A stretch of DNA of 64,000 bases from an uncultured Candidatus Bathyarchaeia archaeon. Its GTDB lineage: Archaea; Thermoproteota; Bathyarchaeia; RBG-16-48-13; GCA-020345945. Location of the stretch: NCBI GenBank assembly GCA_964596985.1, contig CAZQWG010000001.1, positions 396,977 to 460,976 on the forward strand, written 5' to 3'. This document shows, piece after piece, positions 38,103-46,979 of the stretch (position 1 is its first letter; each line of letters starts with the position of its first letter). A model generated the notes under the pieces. The model was not told where the DNA came from. It worked only from the letters and a program-made list of their open reading frames with translations, and searched no databases. Position numbers and translations under genes: made by a program.

Positions 38103-38474
38103 TCAAGGCGGGGGTCTTTTTTGGACGTAGTGGTATTGTCGTGCTCCTCCTTGCCTAGTGAGCACTCCTTCCCTCACCAAGTCTACTAAGGTATGTGCGA
38201 CTGCTGTGCGGTCGTAGTGGTAGCCTTGTCGTGCCATCTCCTCGTGTACTTCTCCCAGGTTTCTAGATACGGAGAACCAACCTTCTTCCCAAAGCTCTGT
38301 GATTATCGTCTTGCAAGTCTGTTTCTTTGGGATAGTTTTCTGCGATTTTGAGATGTTGGATATCTTGGACAACGTCTCGCTCTGTTTTTGAAGCGCGGTT
38401 ACTAAATCCTCTACAGCTGACTGTAGTTGGGATTCTTCACACTCGATCTCAGCTTCGACTTCCCCGATCGTCAT
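38103..38474 (-). CDS. small protein with an N-terminal beta-rich module and a C-terminal wHTH (trio member C)
   Basis: The start is taken at the internal M (MTIGEVEAEIECEES). The C-terminus reads LGEVHEEM..VAHTLVDLVREGVLTR..QYHYVQK. It is divergent from the NurA-like gene. Confidence 0.5.
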   Translation of the reverse strand: MTIGEVEAEIECEESQLQSAVEDLVTALQKQSETLSKISNISKSQKTIPKKQTCKTIITELWEEGWFSVSRNLGEVHEEMARQGYHYDRTAVAHTLVDLVREGVLTRQGGARQYHYVQKRPPP

Positions 38475-38521
38475 CTTCAATCTGATCGGGGGTTTCTTCG
38501 ACAACGGACATGCCTCTATTG

Positions 38522-38611
38522 AATTGTGCAATATAATTGTGCAACACAACACTTAAATAGGCTCTCTCTGTTGTCATATTGTTGAATTGCACAATAAAAG
38601 CATTGTGTGCA
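38522..38611. promoter_or_regulatory. cluster of AATTGTGCAA-type repeats in the divergent promoter between trio member C and the NurA-like gene
   Basis: There are direct copies at 38522-38531 and 38535-38544, an inverted copy TTGCACAAT at 38587-38595, and a related ATTGTGTGCA at 38602-38611. Confidence 0.5.
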
Positions 38612-38622
38612 GGTGAGTCGAC

Positions 38623-39720
38623 ATGCAGGAGATAGGACATGTCTTTGAGTGTGATTTCAGCAACCAAGAATTCGAAGAGTTCGCCAGCCTCGCACGCATG
38701 TCCATTGAACACGCGGACAGGAACCTGAGCATAGACTATCCAGAGCCATCATGGAACCCCCTCACGAAACGGCATACCAGCAAGACCGAGACTAGCCTGA
38801 ACGAGCATAGAACCAGATACCTTACCGCAATCAAACTCAACCCTGTCAAGGACGGGTCACCCGTAGTAGCAGTCGACGTCTCCATACTCGGTCTAGGAGA
38901 AACCCAGTCAGGCACCATCTACGCGATCCGAGGGACAGCGGTCTCCAGGAAGGACGGGAGATACCAGTACAGCCGGCTAGGTCCCTTCCTTTTCCACATC
39001 AACGGCGACAACAACAGAAACATCGATGGAACCCCAACAGTCCGCTACCCGATACCGTCGGTGGATGCAAGAAAGCTGGGAGGACCATACGTGTACAGAG
39101 GGTTGTTGACCGTCTTCGAGACTATGCTGCGCGAGAAGGTGGCGAAGAAGTACAGTGGTGCCATCGTTCTCTGGGACGGGTCGCTCTCCATTCTCGCCAT
39201 GGAGGAGGAGATTAGAGCGAACAGACTGTTACTGGAGCTGGCGAGAGAAAGAGGAAACAGGATTGTAGGACTCTCGAAGAAGACGTACCTCTTCTCTCCT
39301 CAAGGGACTAAAGACCCCCTGAGGAAACACGCTGGACCGTGCCTGATCGACATCGATTGCGCAGTCCAGCGAACTAGAAGACTTCTCCTCTTGGGCAGAG
39401 TCTACGTCGCAAAGCTTGCCCGCAACGGACTCTCGTTTCGATTGGATGTCGACAAGGAAATCCCCAAGGCAGAGAGAATATCGACCGTAGAGAAGATGAT
39501 CGGGAACGATCTCACCAGAGACGGATACCCCGAGACCCTTCGCCTGGCCCACATATTCTCCAAGTTCAACGCAACAGAAGTGATCGGTATGCACCGATTC
39601 CTCGACGAGAACTACGGTCTCAGGGTCCTCGAGTACCCGAGTATCCGACAGATACTCTTCGGACCGTTCGCAGGACCCCACTCGAAGGAGCCAGACGCAA
39701 ACCATGTTAAACCTGTATAA
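38623..39720 (+). CDS. NurA-like nuclease
   Basis: VVAVDVS, IVLWDGSL, IVGLSKK and GYPETLRLAH match the conserved NurA-domain acidic/His motifs. Confidence 0.7.
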   Translation: MQEIGHVFECDFSNQEFEEFASLARMSIEHADRNLSIDYPEPSWNPLTKRHTSKTETSLNEHRTRYLTAIKLNPVKDGSPVVAVDVSILGLGETQSGTIYAIRGTAVSRKDGRYQYSRLGPFLFHINGDNNRNIDGTPTVRYPIPSVDARKLGGPYVYRGLLTVFETMLREKVAKKYSGAIVLWDGSLSILAMEEEIRANRLLLELARERGNRIVGLSKKTYLFSPQGTKDPLRKHAGPCLIDIDCAVQRTRRLLLLGRVYVAKLARNGLSFRLDVDKEIPKAERISTVEKMIGNDLTRDGYPETLRLAHIFSKFNATEVIGMHRFLDENYGLRVLEYPSIRQILFGPFAGPHSKEPDANHVKPV

Positions 39721-41206
39721 GATCGAGAACGGGGAGGTACAGATCATCAGCTGCCCTCCTCAAGGAATACGCAAGGGAGACTATCTCTCGATCGAAGACA
39801 CCTCGACCAAGAAGAGTCTGATCATACAGGTTGTAGAGATAGACTACGCGAACGTACCAGGCATACTCGAAGACATCCTACGAAGATCATCGATCCGCAA
39901 GGTGAACGGAGAGGATTTCGATCCTCTGGAAGTCAGGTCGTACGTCGAACTCGTCAAAGACGCAAAGGTTCTACGATGCAGGATACGAGGAGCCCTAGTA
40001 GAAGGCAAGTTCACGGACGACGTCTCCTGGATACCGGTAAGATCCAAATCAAGGGTGATCGGCATCCCGGATGAGACACTCCTCAAACTGATCAGCTCGG
40101 ACCAGCCCTTACCGATACATCTTGGGAAGACGCGTAAGAACGTGAACGTAGAAATCGACGCGAGAGCGATAGATGCCGGCCTCAACATAATCTCGGGTAA
40201 GAAGGGAACAGGAAAATCAAACCTCTCGAAAAACATGCTTCTCGGGCTGATGAGTCAGGGAGGTATCTGTCTCGTCTTCGATATCAACGGCGAGTATACT
40301 AGGCTAGGCTTCAAGTCCACCGGCGAGAAGAATCAACACTACGAAAGGATAAGAGTCCTAACTCCGGGCTTGAATTTCAAGACCGACCTGAAGTACGCTG
40401 GGCTGGGAAGCATTCTCTCGATAATGCGGTCGGTCATGGACACCCCTGGAACCTCAACGTGGGAGTTTCGACGCATCTGGAAGGAACTTGAGAGAAGAGG
40501 CGAGATATCTATCGGAAAGATCTTCAGGTCAATCGATGCGGTCAACCACGAATACGTCAGAGACGCCCTCTTCCGCAGGTTTCAAAGCCTGGTAGACACA
40601 GGGTTCTTCACTGACGACCCCAAGTCCACCACGGCCTTCGAGAGACTGTTCACCGAGATAGCTGGGGGAGGAACGATCGTCCTGGATATGAAGGATCTGC
40701 CTCCTATGGTTCGGAAGATCGTCGTCGAATTCGTTCTGAGCAAACTCTACCAGTTGCTGAAACGCCAGATAGTGAGAGCAGTATTCCTCTTTGCAGAAGA
40801 AGCCCACCTCTACCTCAGAGACACCTACTGGGAAGACATAGTAACCAGGATGAGGCACCTAGGGGTCTTCGTCACCTTCGTGACCAACCAGCCGGAGACC
40901 ATAAACCAGAACATCTTTCGGCAATCGGACAACATCTTCCTGTTCAACTTCACGAACGAGAACGACCTGAAGTCGATCTCCAGAGCCTCAAGAATAGACA
41001 CCTACACGATAGAGTCCATCACCCGAGAACTCCCGGCTTACCATTGTCTAGTATTCGGAAAAGTGACTAGAGACCTGCCACTCGTCGTCGGGATAGACCG
41101 GCTGGATGTCCAAACGCAGGGCGAAACCAGGTTCTTCTTTTCACCACCAGAAGACCACGCCAAATTGAAGACAGCGCCGATAAGCCCATACAACGCAACC
41201 GCTTGA
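39704..41206 (+). CDS. HerA-like (DUF87-type) ATPase, short form
   Basis: Barrel-like N-terminus, Walker A GKKGTGKS and Walker B VFLFAEEAH. It overlaps the NurA-like gene by 17 nt. Confidence 0.8.
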   Translation: MLNLYKIENGEVQIISCPPQGIRKGDYLSIEDTSTKKSLIIQVVEIDYANVPGILEDILRRSSIRKVNGEDFDPLEVRSYVELVKDAKVLRCRIRGALVEGKFTDDVSWIPVRSKSRVIGIPDETLLKLISSDQPLPIHLGKTRKNVNVEIDARAIDAGLNIISGKKGTGKSNLSKNMLLGLMSQGGICLVFDINGEYTRLGFKSTGEKNQHYERIRVLTPGLNFKTDLKYAGLGSILSIMRSVMDTPGTSTWEFRRIWKELERRGEISIGKIFRSIDAVNHEYVRDALFRRFQSLVDTGFFTDDPKSTTAFERLFTEIAGGGTIVLDMKDLPPMVRKIVVEFVLSKLYQLLKRQIVRAVFLFAEEAHLYLRDTYWEDIVTRMRHLGVFVTFVTNQPETINQNIFRQSDNIFLFNFTNENDLKSISRASRIDTYTIESITRELPAYHCLVFGKVTRDLPLVVGIDRLDVQTQGETRFFFSPPEDHAKLKTAPISPYNATA

Positions 41207-41327
41207 CGCTGCCATGGTTCAGAGAAAGAGTCTGAAGAAACTTCTGTCGACGAACTCGGCGTGGAAAACAAGCGTCGGAGAACCCCAAGAGATAAGTATC
41301 ACACTAAGGCAGAAGGGTACGACGAAG

Positions 41328-41648
41328 ATGGGAAAGAAGAAGGTTCTGTCGGAGGAAGACATGGCCAAGAGGCTTTACATCCCTTCAGAAGGCCAGGTTC
41401 TCGGTCGAGTCGTCCAACAGCTCGGATACGACCGCTTCAGGGTTCGCTGCCAAGACGGGGAAGAAAGGACTGTAAGGATTCGGGGCAAGCTGAAGCGGAG
41501 AGCCTGGACTAGGGTCGGCGACTGGGTTCTTGTGGAGCCTTGGGACTTCCAATCCGACCGCGGAAACATACTGTGGAGATATACGAGAGGCCAAGTTGAA
41601 CTCCTGAGGAGCAGGGGTTATATTCGGCAAGGAGGCTCGGAATCCTAA
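41328..41648 (+). CDS. eif1a: translation initiation factor aIF-1A
   Basis: S1-like OB core: GQVLGRVVQQLGYDRFRVRCQDGEERTVRIRGKLKRRAWTRVGDWVLVEPW. The start is taken at ATG 41328 (MGKKK). Confidence 0.85.
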   Translation: MGKKKVLSEEDMAKRLYIPSEGQVLGRVVQQLGYDRFRVRCQDGEERTVRIRGKLKRRAWTRVGDWVLVEPWDFQSDRGNILWRYTRGQVELLRSRGYIRQGGSES

Positions 41649-41737
41649 CCGTCAAGTCAAAATCATCGGGTGCGATGGTTTTTCTCTTTTCAGGGCGAGA
41701 TTTATAGTAGACACGTGTATACTGTATCTGACTCCCT

Positions 41738-42022
41738 ATGGGTCGACGATGGATATACCAAGACCTTTACAACTCGGTTCAACACCTGCAAAGCGACTCA
41801 AACCGATACCTGATAGTCTACGACTTCAAAGGCAAGGGTTCGGGGGACCTCCCCCAAATGTTCTACAGACATCTATCAAGAGGAGAGAAGGGGCTGGATA
41901 TCAATCGGGTACAGAAGTCGGTGTTTGAATGCGATCTGAGTGGAGCCACATTCTTGGAGAGGATCCTAGAGGATTTCGACGCAGCTTTCATCACCTATCA
42001 AGTAGTAAAGATCACATCTTGA
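41738..42022 (+). CDS. Cas2-like ferredoxin-fold small protein (orphan; assignment tentative)
   Basis: RYLIVYDF...NRVQKSVFECDL...FITYQV follows the Cas2 beta1 / beta2 (VQ.SVFE) / beta-strand pattern. No cas1 or CRISPR array is present in the window. Confidence 0.35.
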   Translation: MGRRWIYQDLYNSVQHLQSDSNRYLIVYDFKGKGSGDLPQMFYRHLSRGEKGLDINRVQKSVFECDLSGATFLERILEDFDAAFITYQVVKITS

Positions 42023-42182
42023 CACTACTGGTGAAAGATCAGCTGATATTCAGATAGAATACCGAGGAAAGAGAGGTCTAAGACAGGAAAGTGCTTCTTC
42101 GGAGTACACAGACAGCTTGGAAGTAGAACCCGGACTACCTAGACAGGGGATTCGACTCCCACTCGATCCTAGAGACAATACC

Positions 42183-43178
42183 TCAGGGAAGCCAGGGAGT
42201 TGTATTGAAGTTGATCTGCCACTTCGGCGGCTCTCCTCTGAGGTATCTCGTTACGTTCTCGCAGCCTCTTCTCGCGGTCTCGTTGAAAGTCGGTACGGTC
42301 GAGGAGCCTATGTGAGGGGTTAAGATGACATTGCCCAGTTTCAATAGAGGACTGCCGGGTTCTAGCGGCTCCTCCTCGAAGACATCGAGACCAGCCCCAC
42401 CTATTCTCTTGGACTTAAGGAGGCGGATCAACGCTTTCTGGTCGATTATCTTTCCTCTAGCCGTGTTCACCAGGAGCGCGGTCTCCTGCATCCCGCTCAT
42501 CTCCTTCTCTCCGATGAGGCCTTCTGTCTCCCGGGTTAAGGGGCAATTGATCGAAACCACGTCGGACTTAGACATCAGAGTCTGCAGATCGGTCATTCCG
42601 ACCCCGAACATTTGAGCCGTCTCGGCATCCACGTATGGGTCGTAGGCTATTATTCTCATGTCGAAGGCGTGTTTTCCTTTCAACGCAACCCTTCGACCTA
42701 TCCTTCCCAGACCCACTATTCCAAGAGTCTTCCCCCAGAGGTCTACGCCCATCAGCCCCAAGCGTTCGCGCATCAGCCTCGGCCAACCCCCACCGCGGAC
42801 TAGTTTGTCTCCTTCAACTATCTCCTTTGAGAGGGCGAGAATGAGCGCCCAAGCATGTTGAGCCACCGTCTCAGACATCACCTCGGGGACGTTACAGACT
42901 ATCACTCCTTTGTCCAGTGCAGCAAGGACATCTATATGGTTGAAGCCGACCGACACGGTCTGAATCATCCTCAACTTATCCGAGGAATCGATCATCTTCT
43001 TAGTAAACCGACCCCTTGTGAAAGCTACCTCGACGCCCTCCAGGTTCTTGATCCATTCCTCCCCATTCTCGGATTCGGCATAGACGACCTTGACATCTGG
43101 GACATCCACGATCATCTTCAAGGAAGATTCCAGATGGAATGGGGGTTTCTCATACGGTACCAAGACTAGTCGCTCCAT
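42183..43178 (-). CDS. D-isomer-specific 2-hydroxyacid dehydrogenase (glyoxylate reductase / PGDH-like)
   Basis: GIVGLGRIGRRVA, NTARG and LDVFEEEP motifs. Confidence 0.85.
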   Translation of the reverse strand: MERLVLVPYEKPPFHLESSLKMIVDVPDVKVVYAESENGEEWIKNLEGVEVAFTRGRFTKKMIDSSDKLRMIQTVSVGFNHIDVLAALDKGVIVCNVPEVMSETVAQHAWALILALSKEIVEGDKLVRGGGWPRLMRERLGLMGVDLWGKTLGIVGLGRIGRRVALKGKHAFDMRIIAYDPYVDAETAQMFGVGMTDLQTLMSKSDVVSINCPLTRETEGLIGEKEMSGMQETALLVNTARGKIIDQKALIRLLKSKRIGGAGLDVFEEEPLEPGSPLLKLGNVILTPHIGSSTVPTFNETARRGCENVTRYLRGEPPKWQINFNTTPWLP

Positions 43179-43280
43179 ACGAGCCCCTCAGACCATTCTT
43201 GTGATAACACTCTCAATATGTTTACGATGAGTCCGATCGTAAGAAGAGACGGGTGTGAACCCGCCTGGTAAACCCATCTT

Positions 43281-44444
43281 CTAGAGGGTTTCCACAGTCT
43301 TCTTTATGCCGTCCAAGGCCCGATCGATCTTCTCAACCGGGGTTGCATAGCAAAGCCTGAGATATCCCTCCCCGCATCTTCCGAAAGCGGTCCCAGGAAC
43401 CGTCGCCACCCTACCAGTTCTGAGGAGAGCCTCTGCAAACTCCATCGAAGACCGTCCAGCCTTCGATACGTTCGCGAAAACGTAGAATGCCCCCTTGGGA
43501 GACGCGCAGGAGAAGCGGTCTATCTCGTTAAGATGCTTCACCAGATGCCTCCGCCGCCGATCATACTCCCTCACCATCTCGGACACGAAGTCTTGGGGAC
43601 CCTCGATCGCGGCTAAGGCTGCCCTTTGAGCCACGGCAGGGGCATTTGCCACGGTGTTCTGCTGGATCTTCACCATCTCCCTCACGACATCGGCGGGTGC
43701 AACAGCGTAACCGACCCTCCAGCCGGTCATGGCGTAGGTCTTCGAGAAGCTGTTCACGGTTACCGTACGCTCCGCCATCTCAGGGAGCGCGCCGATACTG
43801 AGGTGCTTTGCTCCGTCATAGAGAAGTTTCTCGTAGACCTCGTCAGAGATCACAGCCAGATTGTTCTCGATCGCAACCTCTGCCAAACCTCTCAGATCCT
43901 CCTCCAACAGAACCGCGCCGGTAGGATTCTGAGGAGAGTTCAGGACAATACATCTAGTTCTCTTCGTCACGCGTTCCTCCACGTTGCAAGGCAATGTACG
44001 AAAGGAGTTCTCCTCCCTCACGGGAACAGGGATAGGCTTCGCTCCCGCCATTATGACGCACGGCGCATAGGTGACGAATCCAGGATCAGGGATCAGAACC
44101 TCGTCTCCAGGATTCAGAAGCACCGTTGCCGCCAGAAAGATAGCCCCGGCACCCCCGACAGTAACGATGACCTCGGTCTCAGGATCGGCTGTGACGTCAT
44201 TCTCTCTCCTCATCTTCTCAGCGATCGCAGCTCTAAGGTCGAGAAAACCGGCGTTCGGCGTGTAGTGGGTATACCCCTCGTCGAGTGCGTCCTTGGCTGC
44301 GTCAATCACGTGTTCCGGCGTCCGGTAGTCAGGCTCACCGATCCCGAGGCTTATGACGCCGGCGGTACTCTGGGCTAGGTCGAAGAGCCGACGAATACCT
44401 GAATGTCTGATAGATCTCACCCTACCACTAATATCGATCGCCAT
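43281..44444 (-). CDS. class I/II PLP-dependent (aspartate) aminotransferase
   Basis: LGIGEPD, NPQNPTG and SFSKTYAMTGWRVGY (PLP lysine). Confidence 0.85.
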   Translation of the reverse strand: MAIDISGRVRSIRHSGIRRLFDLAQSTAGVISLGIGEPDYRTPEHVIDAAKDALDEGYTHYTPNAGFLDLRAAIAEKMRRENDVTADPETEVIVTVGGAGAIFLAATVLLNPGDEVLIPDPGFVTYAPCVIMAGAKPIPVPVREENSFRTLPCNVEERVTKRTRCIVLNSPQNPTGAVLLEEDLRGLAEVAIENNLAVISDEVYEKLLYDGAKHLSIGALPEMAERTVTVNSFSKTYAMTGWRVGYAVAPADVVREMVKIQQNTVANAPAVAQRAALAAIEGPQDFVSEMVREYDRRRRHLVKHLNEIDRFSCASPKGAFYVFANVSKAGRSSMEFAEALLRTGRVATVPGTAFGRCGEGYLRLCYATPVEKIDRALDGIKKTVETL

Positions 44445-44564
44445 CAGATGTCCCCTGTTGAACGTGTACCAACTCTTCGGAATTATGAGGGTTTTTCATG
44501 TTTTCGATGAGACCTGCTTTCTGATCCGCCGTCCTATCCATAGTGTTTACAGGGTACCGATGAA

Positions 44565-45776
44565 CTATCTCCTTTCACCGGCTGCGACGATCTTGATGAC
44601 GTCCCGGTCACGTAGAGCATAGTCCTTTGGCAACCTGAGCCTCGTCCTCGCATCGATCGCGAATATCATCGTTTTCGCCAGGTCAGAGTGGATCTCGTAC
44701 GCAAGATCCTCTGCCGTGGATCCCGGGGGGAGGAGAAAGACGTCGGGGAGCACCCTCCCATCTTTGTCGCTCAGCTTCACCTCATCGTCCACAGGATACA
44801 CAGAATTCATCCTCAGCAGCTTGAAGGTGGTAATGTTCAGAGCCCTCTGTATTCCTGTACCCGACCAATGGGTGAAGACCCTCCGATCGACGTAGTCGAG
44901 AGCCTTCAGTTGCTCCTCGGATAGACTACGCTCATCGAATACCCGGAAGATCTCTCCGCCAGGAGTATACCGGATATACTTCTTCTCTTCGGCTCGCCTC
45001 AAGGCAAGTTCTGCCTCGGCGCTACAAGGAACAACGAAGTCGGTACCAAGCGTGTCGGTAAGTCGCTCAAGGTTATCGGTTGACCCGGGGAGATCCATCT
45101 TGTTCGCAACGAAGATAGTCGGTTTTGAGAGGGCCCGTATCTGCCGAGCAAAACGAATAAGGTCTGCCTCATCCCAATCCGAGAAGGCCTTTCCCGTAAG
45201 CTGAGCTCTACGTAAGGCTTCACCGATATGTTCTCTTCTCACCTTCTGACCGGCAAGGAAGCCATGCAGGACCCGGTCTAGCCTATCTTCCGACTGCAAG
45301 CCTCGTAGTATCGTGTCGCGATTGTTCTTTATTATCCTGACAAACCACATGACCAACTCGTTCTCAATATCCTCTACGTCATGAACCGGATCGCCGATCC
45401 CAGGGGCGGTCAGGTTGCCTTCGTCGTCTATGCTTCCAGAGGCGTCGACCACGTGCAGAAGGGCGTCTGCCTGAGAAACCACGCTCAAGAAGCGTGTACC
45501 AAGCCCTCTGCCCAGATACGCCTCCTTGATCAGCCCTGGCAGATCGATAATCTGAACAGGTACGAACCGCCAACCATCGATGCACGCGGAGTTTCTAGGG
45601 TTGTCCGACACCTCCAACTCCCGGCACACGCAGAGAGTGCGGACGTAGGCTATCCCCCGATACGGTTCTTTGGTCGAGAAAGCACGACCCGAGATCTCGG
45701 CGTTGAGCAGCGTCGCAGCATTGAAGAAAGTGGTCTTTCCAGTGTTCGTCTTCCCTACGAGGGCTATACGGATCAT
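44565..45776 (-). CDS. OBG/YchF-family GTPase with C-terminal TGS-like domain
   Basis: G1 motif VGKTNTGKTTFFNA, DLPGLI and NKMD. Confidence 0.8.
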   Translation of the reverse strand: MIRIALVGKTNTGKTTFFNAATLLNAEISGRAFSTKEPYRGIAYVRTLCVCRELEVSDNPRNSACIDGWRFVPVQIIDLPGLIKEAYLGRGLGTRFLSVVSQADALLHVVDASGSIDDEGNLTAPGIGDPVHDVEDIENELVMWFVRIIKNNRDTILRGLQSEDRLDRVLHGFLAGQKVRREHIGEALRRAQLTGKAFSDWDEADLIRFARQIRALSKPTIFVANKMDLPGSTDNLERLTDTLGTDFVVPCSAEAELALRRAEEKKYIRYTPGGEIFRVFDERSLSEEQLKALDYVDRRVFTHWSGTGIQRALNITTFKLLRMNSVYPVDDEVKLSDKDGRVLPDVFLLPPGSTAEDLAYEIHSDLAKTMIFAIDARTRLRLPKDYALRDRDVIKIVAAGERR

Positions 45777-45844
45777 CTGTTATCCAACCCTGAGGCGGCG
45801 GATCAGAAGAATCTGCCCCGGATCGGTTGGCAAGGGTGTTCCGA

Positions 45845-46102
45845 CTAGAGTCTGTAGACGACGTCGTTCGGTCTGACCCTGTTCTTTACCTTGATCCCTA
45901 CGGCTTGACCCTTGGAGACCGAGTCCACAGGGTTCCGATCGATCTCCATAGACTCTATCTCCTGAGTGAAGTCTGTCGTTGCCCCTTTGATCCTTATCTG
46001 GTCACCTTTGCTCAGGGTTCCCTTCTCGATCTGAACGGCGGCAACATTCACCTTCGAGAAGTAGTTGACTATCCTTCCAATCCTCTCCTCGGAACCAGAC
46101 AT
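45845..46102 (-). CDS. small EF-Tu-domain-2-like beta-barrel protein
   Basis: IGRIVNYFSKVNVAAVQIEKGTLSKGDQIRIKG...GQAVGIKV resembles translation-factor domain II. The start is taken at the internal M. Confidence 0.5.
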   Translation of the reverse strand: MSGSEERIGRIVNYFSKVNVAAVQIEKGTLSKGDQIRIKGATTDFTQEIESMEIDRNPVDSVSKGQAVGIKVKNRVRPNDVVYRL

Positions 46103-46279
46103 TGAAGCACCGAGTACTTCTTTCCCTAAGTTGAAAGATATTGTTTTTGGTCTGAGAGCCGAGGAAGCCGTCACGTCCCAGTACCAGGATACAAGCATGT
46201 GCCATAACGGCGTAGGCATCTACCTTAACCCTTGGATTCTTTAGACCATACGCTGTTCTTCGACTATCGTAGAGAAGAC

Positions 46280-46954
46280 TCAATCTACGATTCTCAGAAG
46301 ACTGCCGAAAAGACCGTATGCAACGAGAAGCAAGACAGTTATCGTCAGGTTCCTTTTCCATCGGCGACTCCAGCGGATGCCGAACGGGATGCCTACAAGG
46401 AAGCCGATCACATGGGCAACGTGGGCGACTGGGCTCTCCACCAGATACTGGAGTGCCGCCAGACTGTAAAGAAAGTATAGGATGGCGACGAGTCCTTGGG
46501 GGAGTAGAAAAAGGATAGAGAATTTCAATGGTTTTGTCAGCATCGTCACGGACGTCAACGTGAAGATCGCCCCGGAAGCCCCTACGATACTGGCTGTTGG
46601 TGGATACACGAGAAGGGCTAGGAGGGAAGAAGAGATACCTCCGAACAGAAACAGTATCAGGGTGCGAGCCTGCCCCAATTCCCTTTCCAAGGTCCGTCCG
46701 AAGACGTAGAGAAAGCACATGTTACCTATCAGATGGGTGGGGGACGCGTGAACAAAGATGGAGACGACTATCGTCCAGTATCTTCCGGAGGTCAAGTTTA
46801 CGAGGTTGAGCGCAAGGTTGTCTACGACGAAGGGGGAGGGCGCCGACCAAGAAATGACGCTGAGAGCGAACGATGTCACGAGGAGAAGGTTAACGATCAT
46901 CTTCCAACGACCATCTGCCGAACGAGTATCGAAACCAGTCAGAGACGTTACCAA
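46280..46954 (-). CDS. rhomboid-family intramembrane serine protease
   Basis: Six TM segments, HASPTHL, the catalytic GASGAIF, and the downstream His in HVAHVIGFLVG. Confidence 0.8.
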   Translation of the reverse strand: MVTSLTGFDTRSADGRWKMIVNLLLVTSFALSVISWSAPSPFVVDNLALNLVNLTSGRYWTIVVSIFVHASPTHLIGNMCFLYVFGRTLERELGQARTLILFLFGGISSSLLALLVYPPTASIVGASGAIFTLTSVTMLTKPLKFSILFLLPQGLVAILYFLYSLAALQYLVESPVAHVAHVIGFLVGIPFGIRWSRRWKRNLTITVLLLVAYGLFGSLLRIVD

Positions 46955-46979
46955 GAAATTCTAATGGTGATTCGCGCTA

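Noticed and set aside
31293-38600. Impression that this stretch is more AT-rich than the rest, a possible sign of horizontal acquisition.
   Set aside because: Spot counts of a few lines gave overlapping values with other regions. Without a sliding-window calculation the claim is not supportable.
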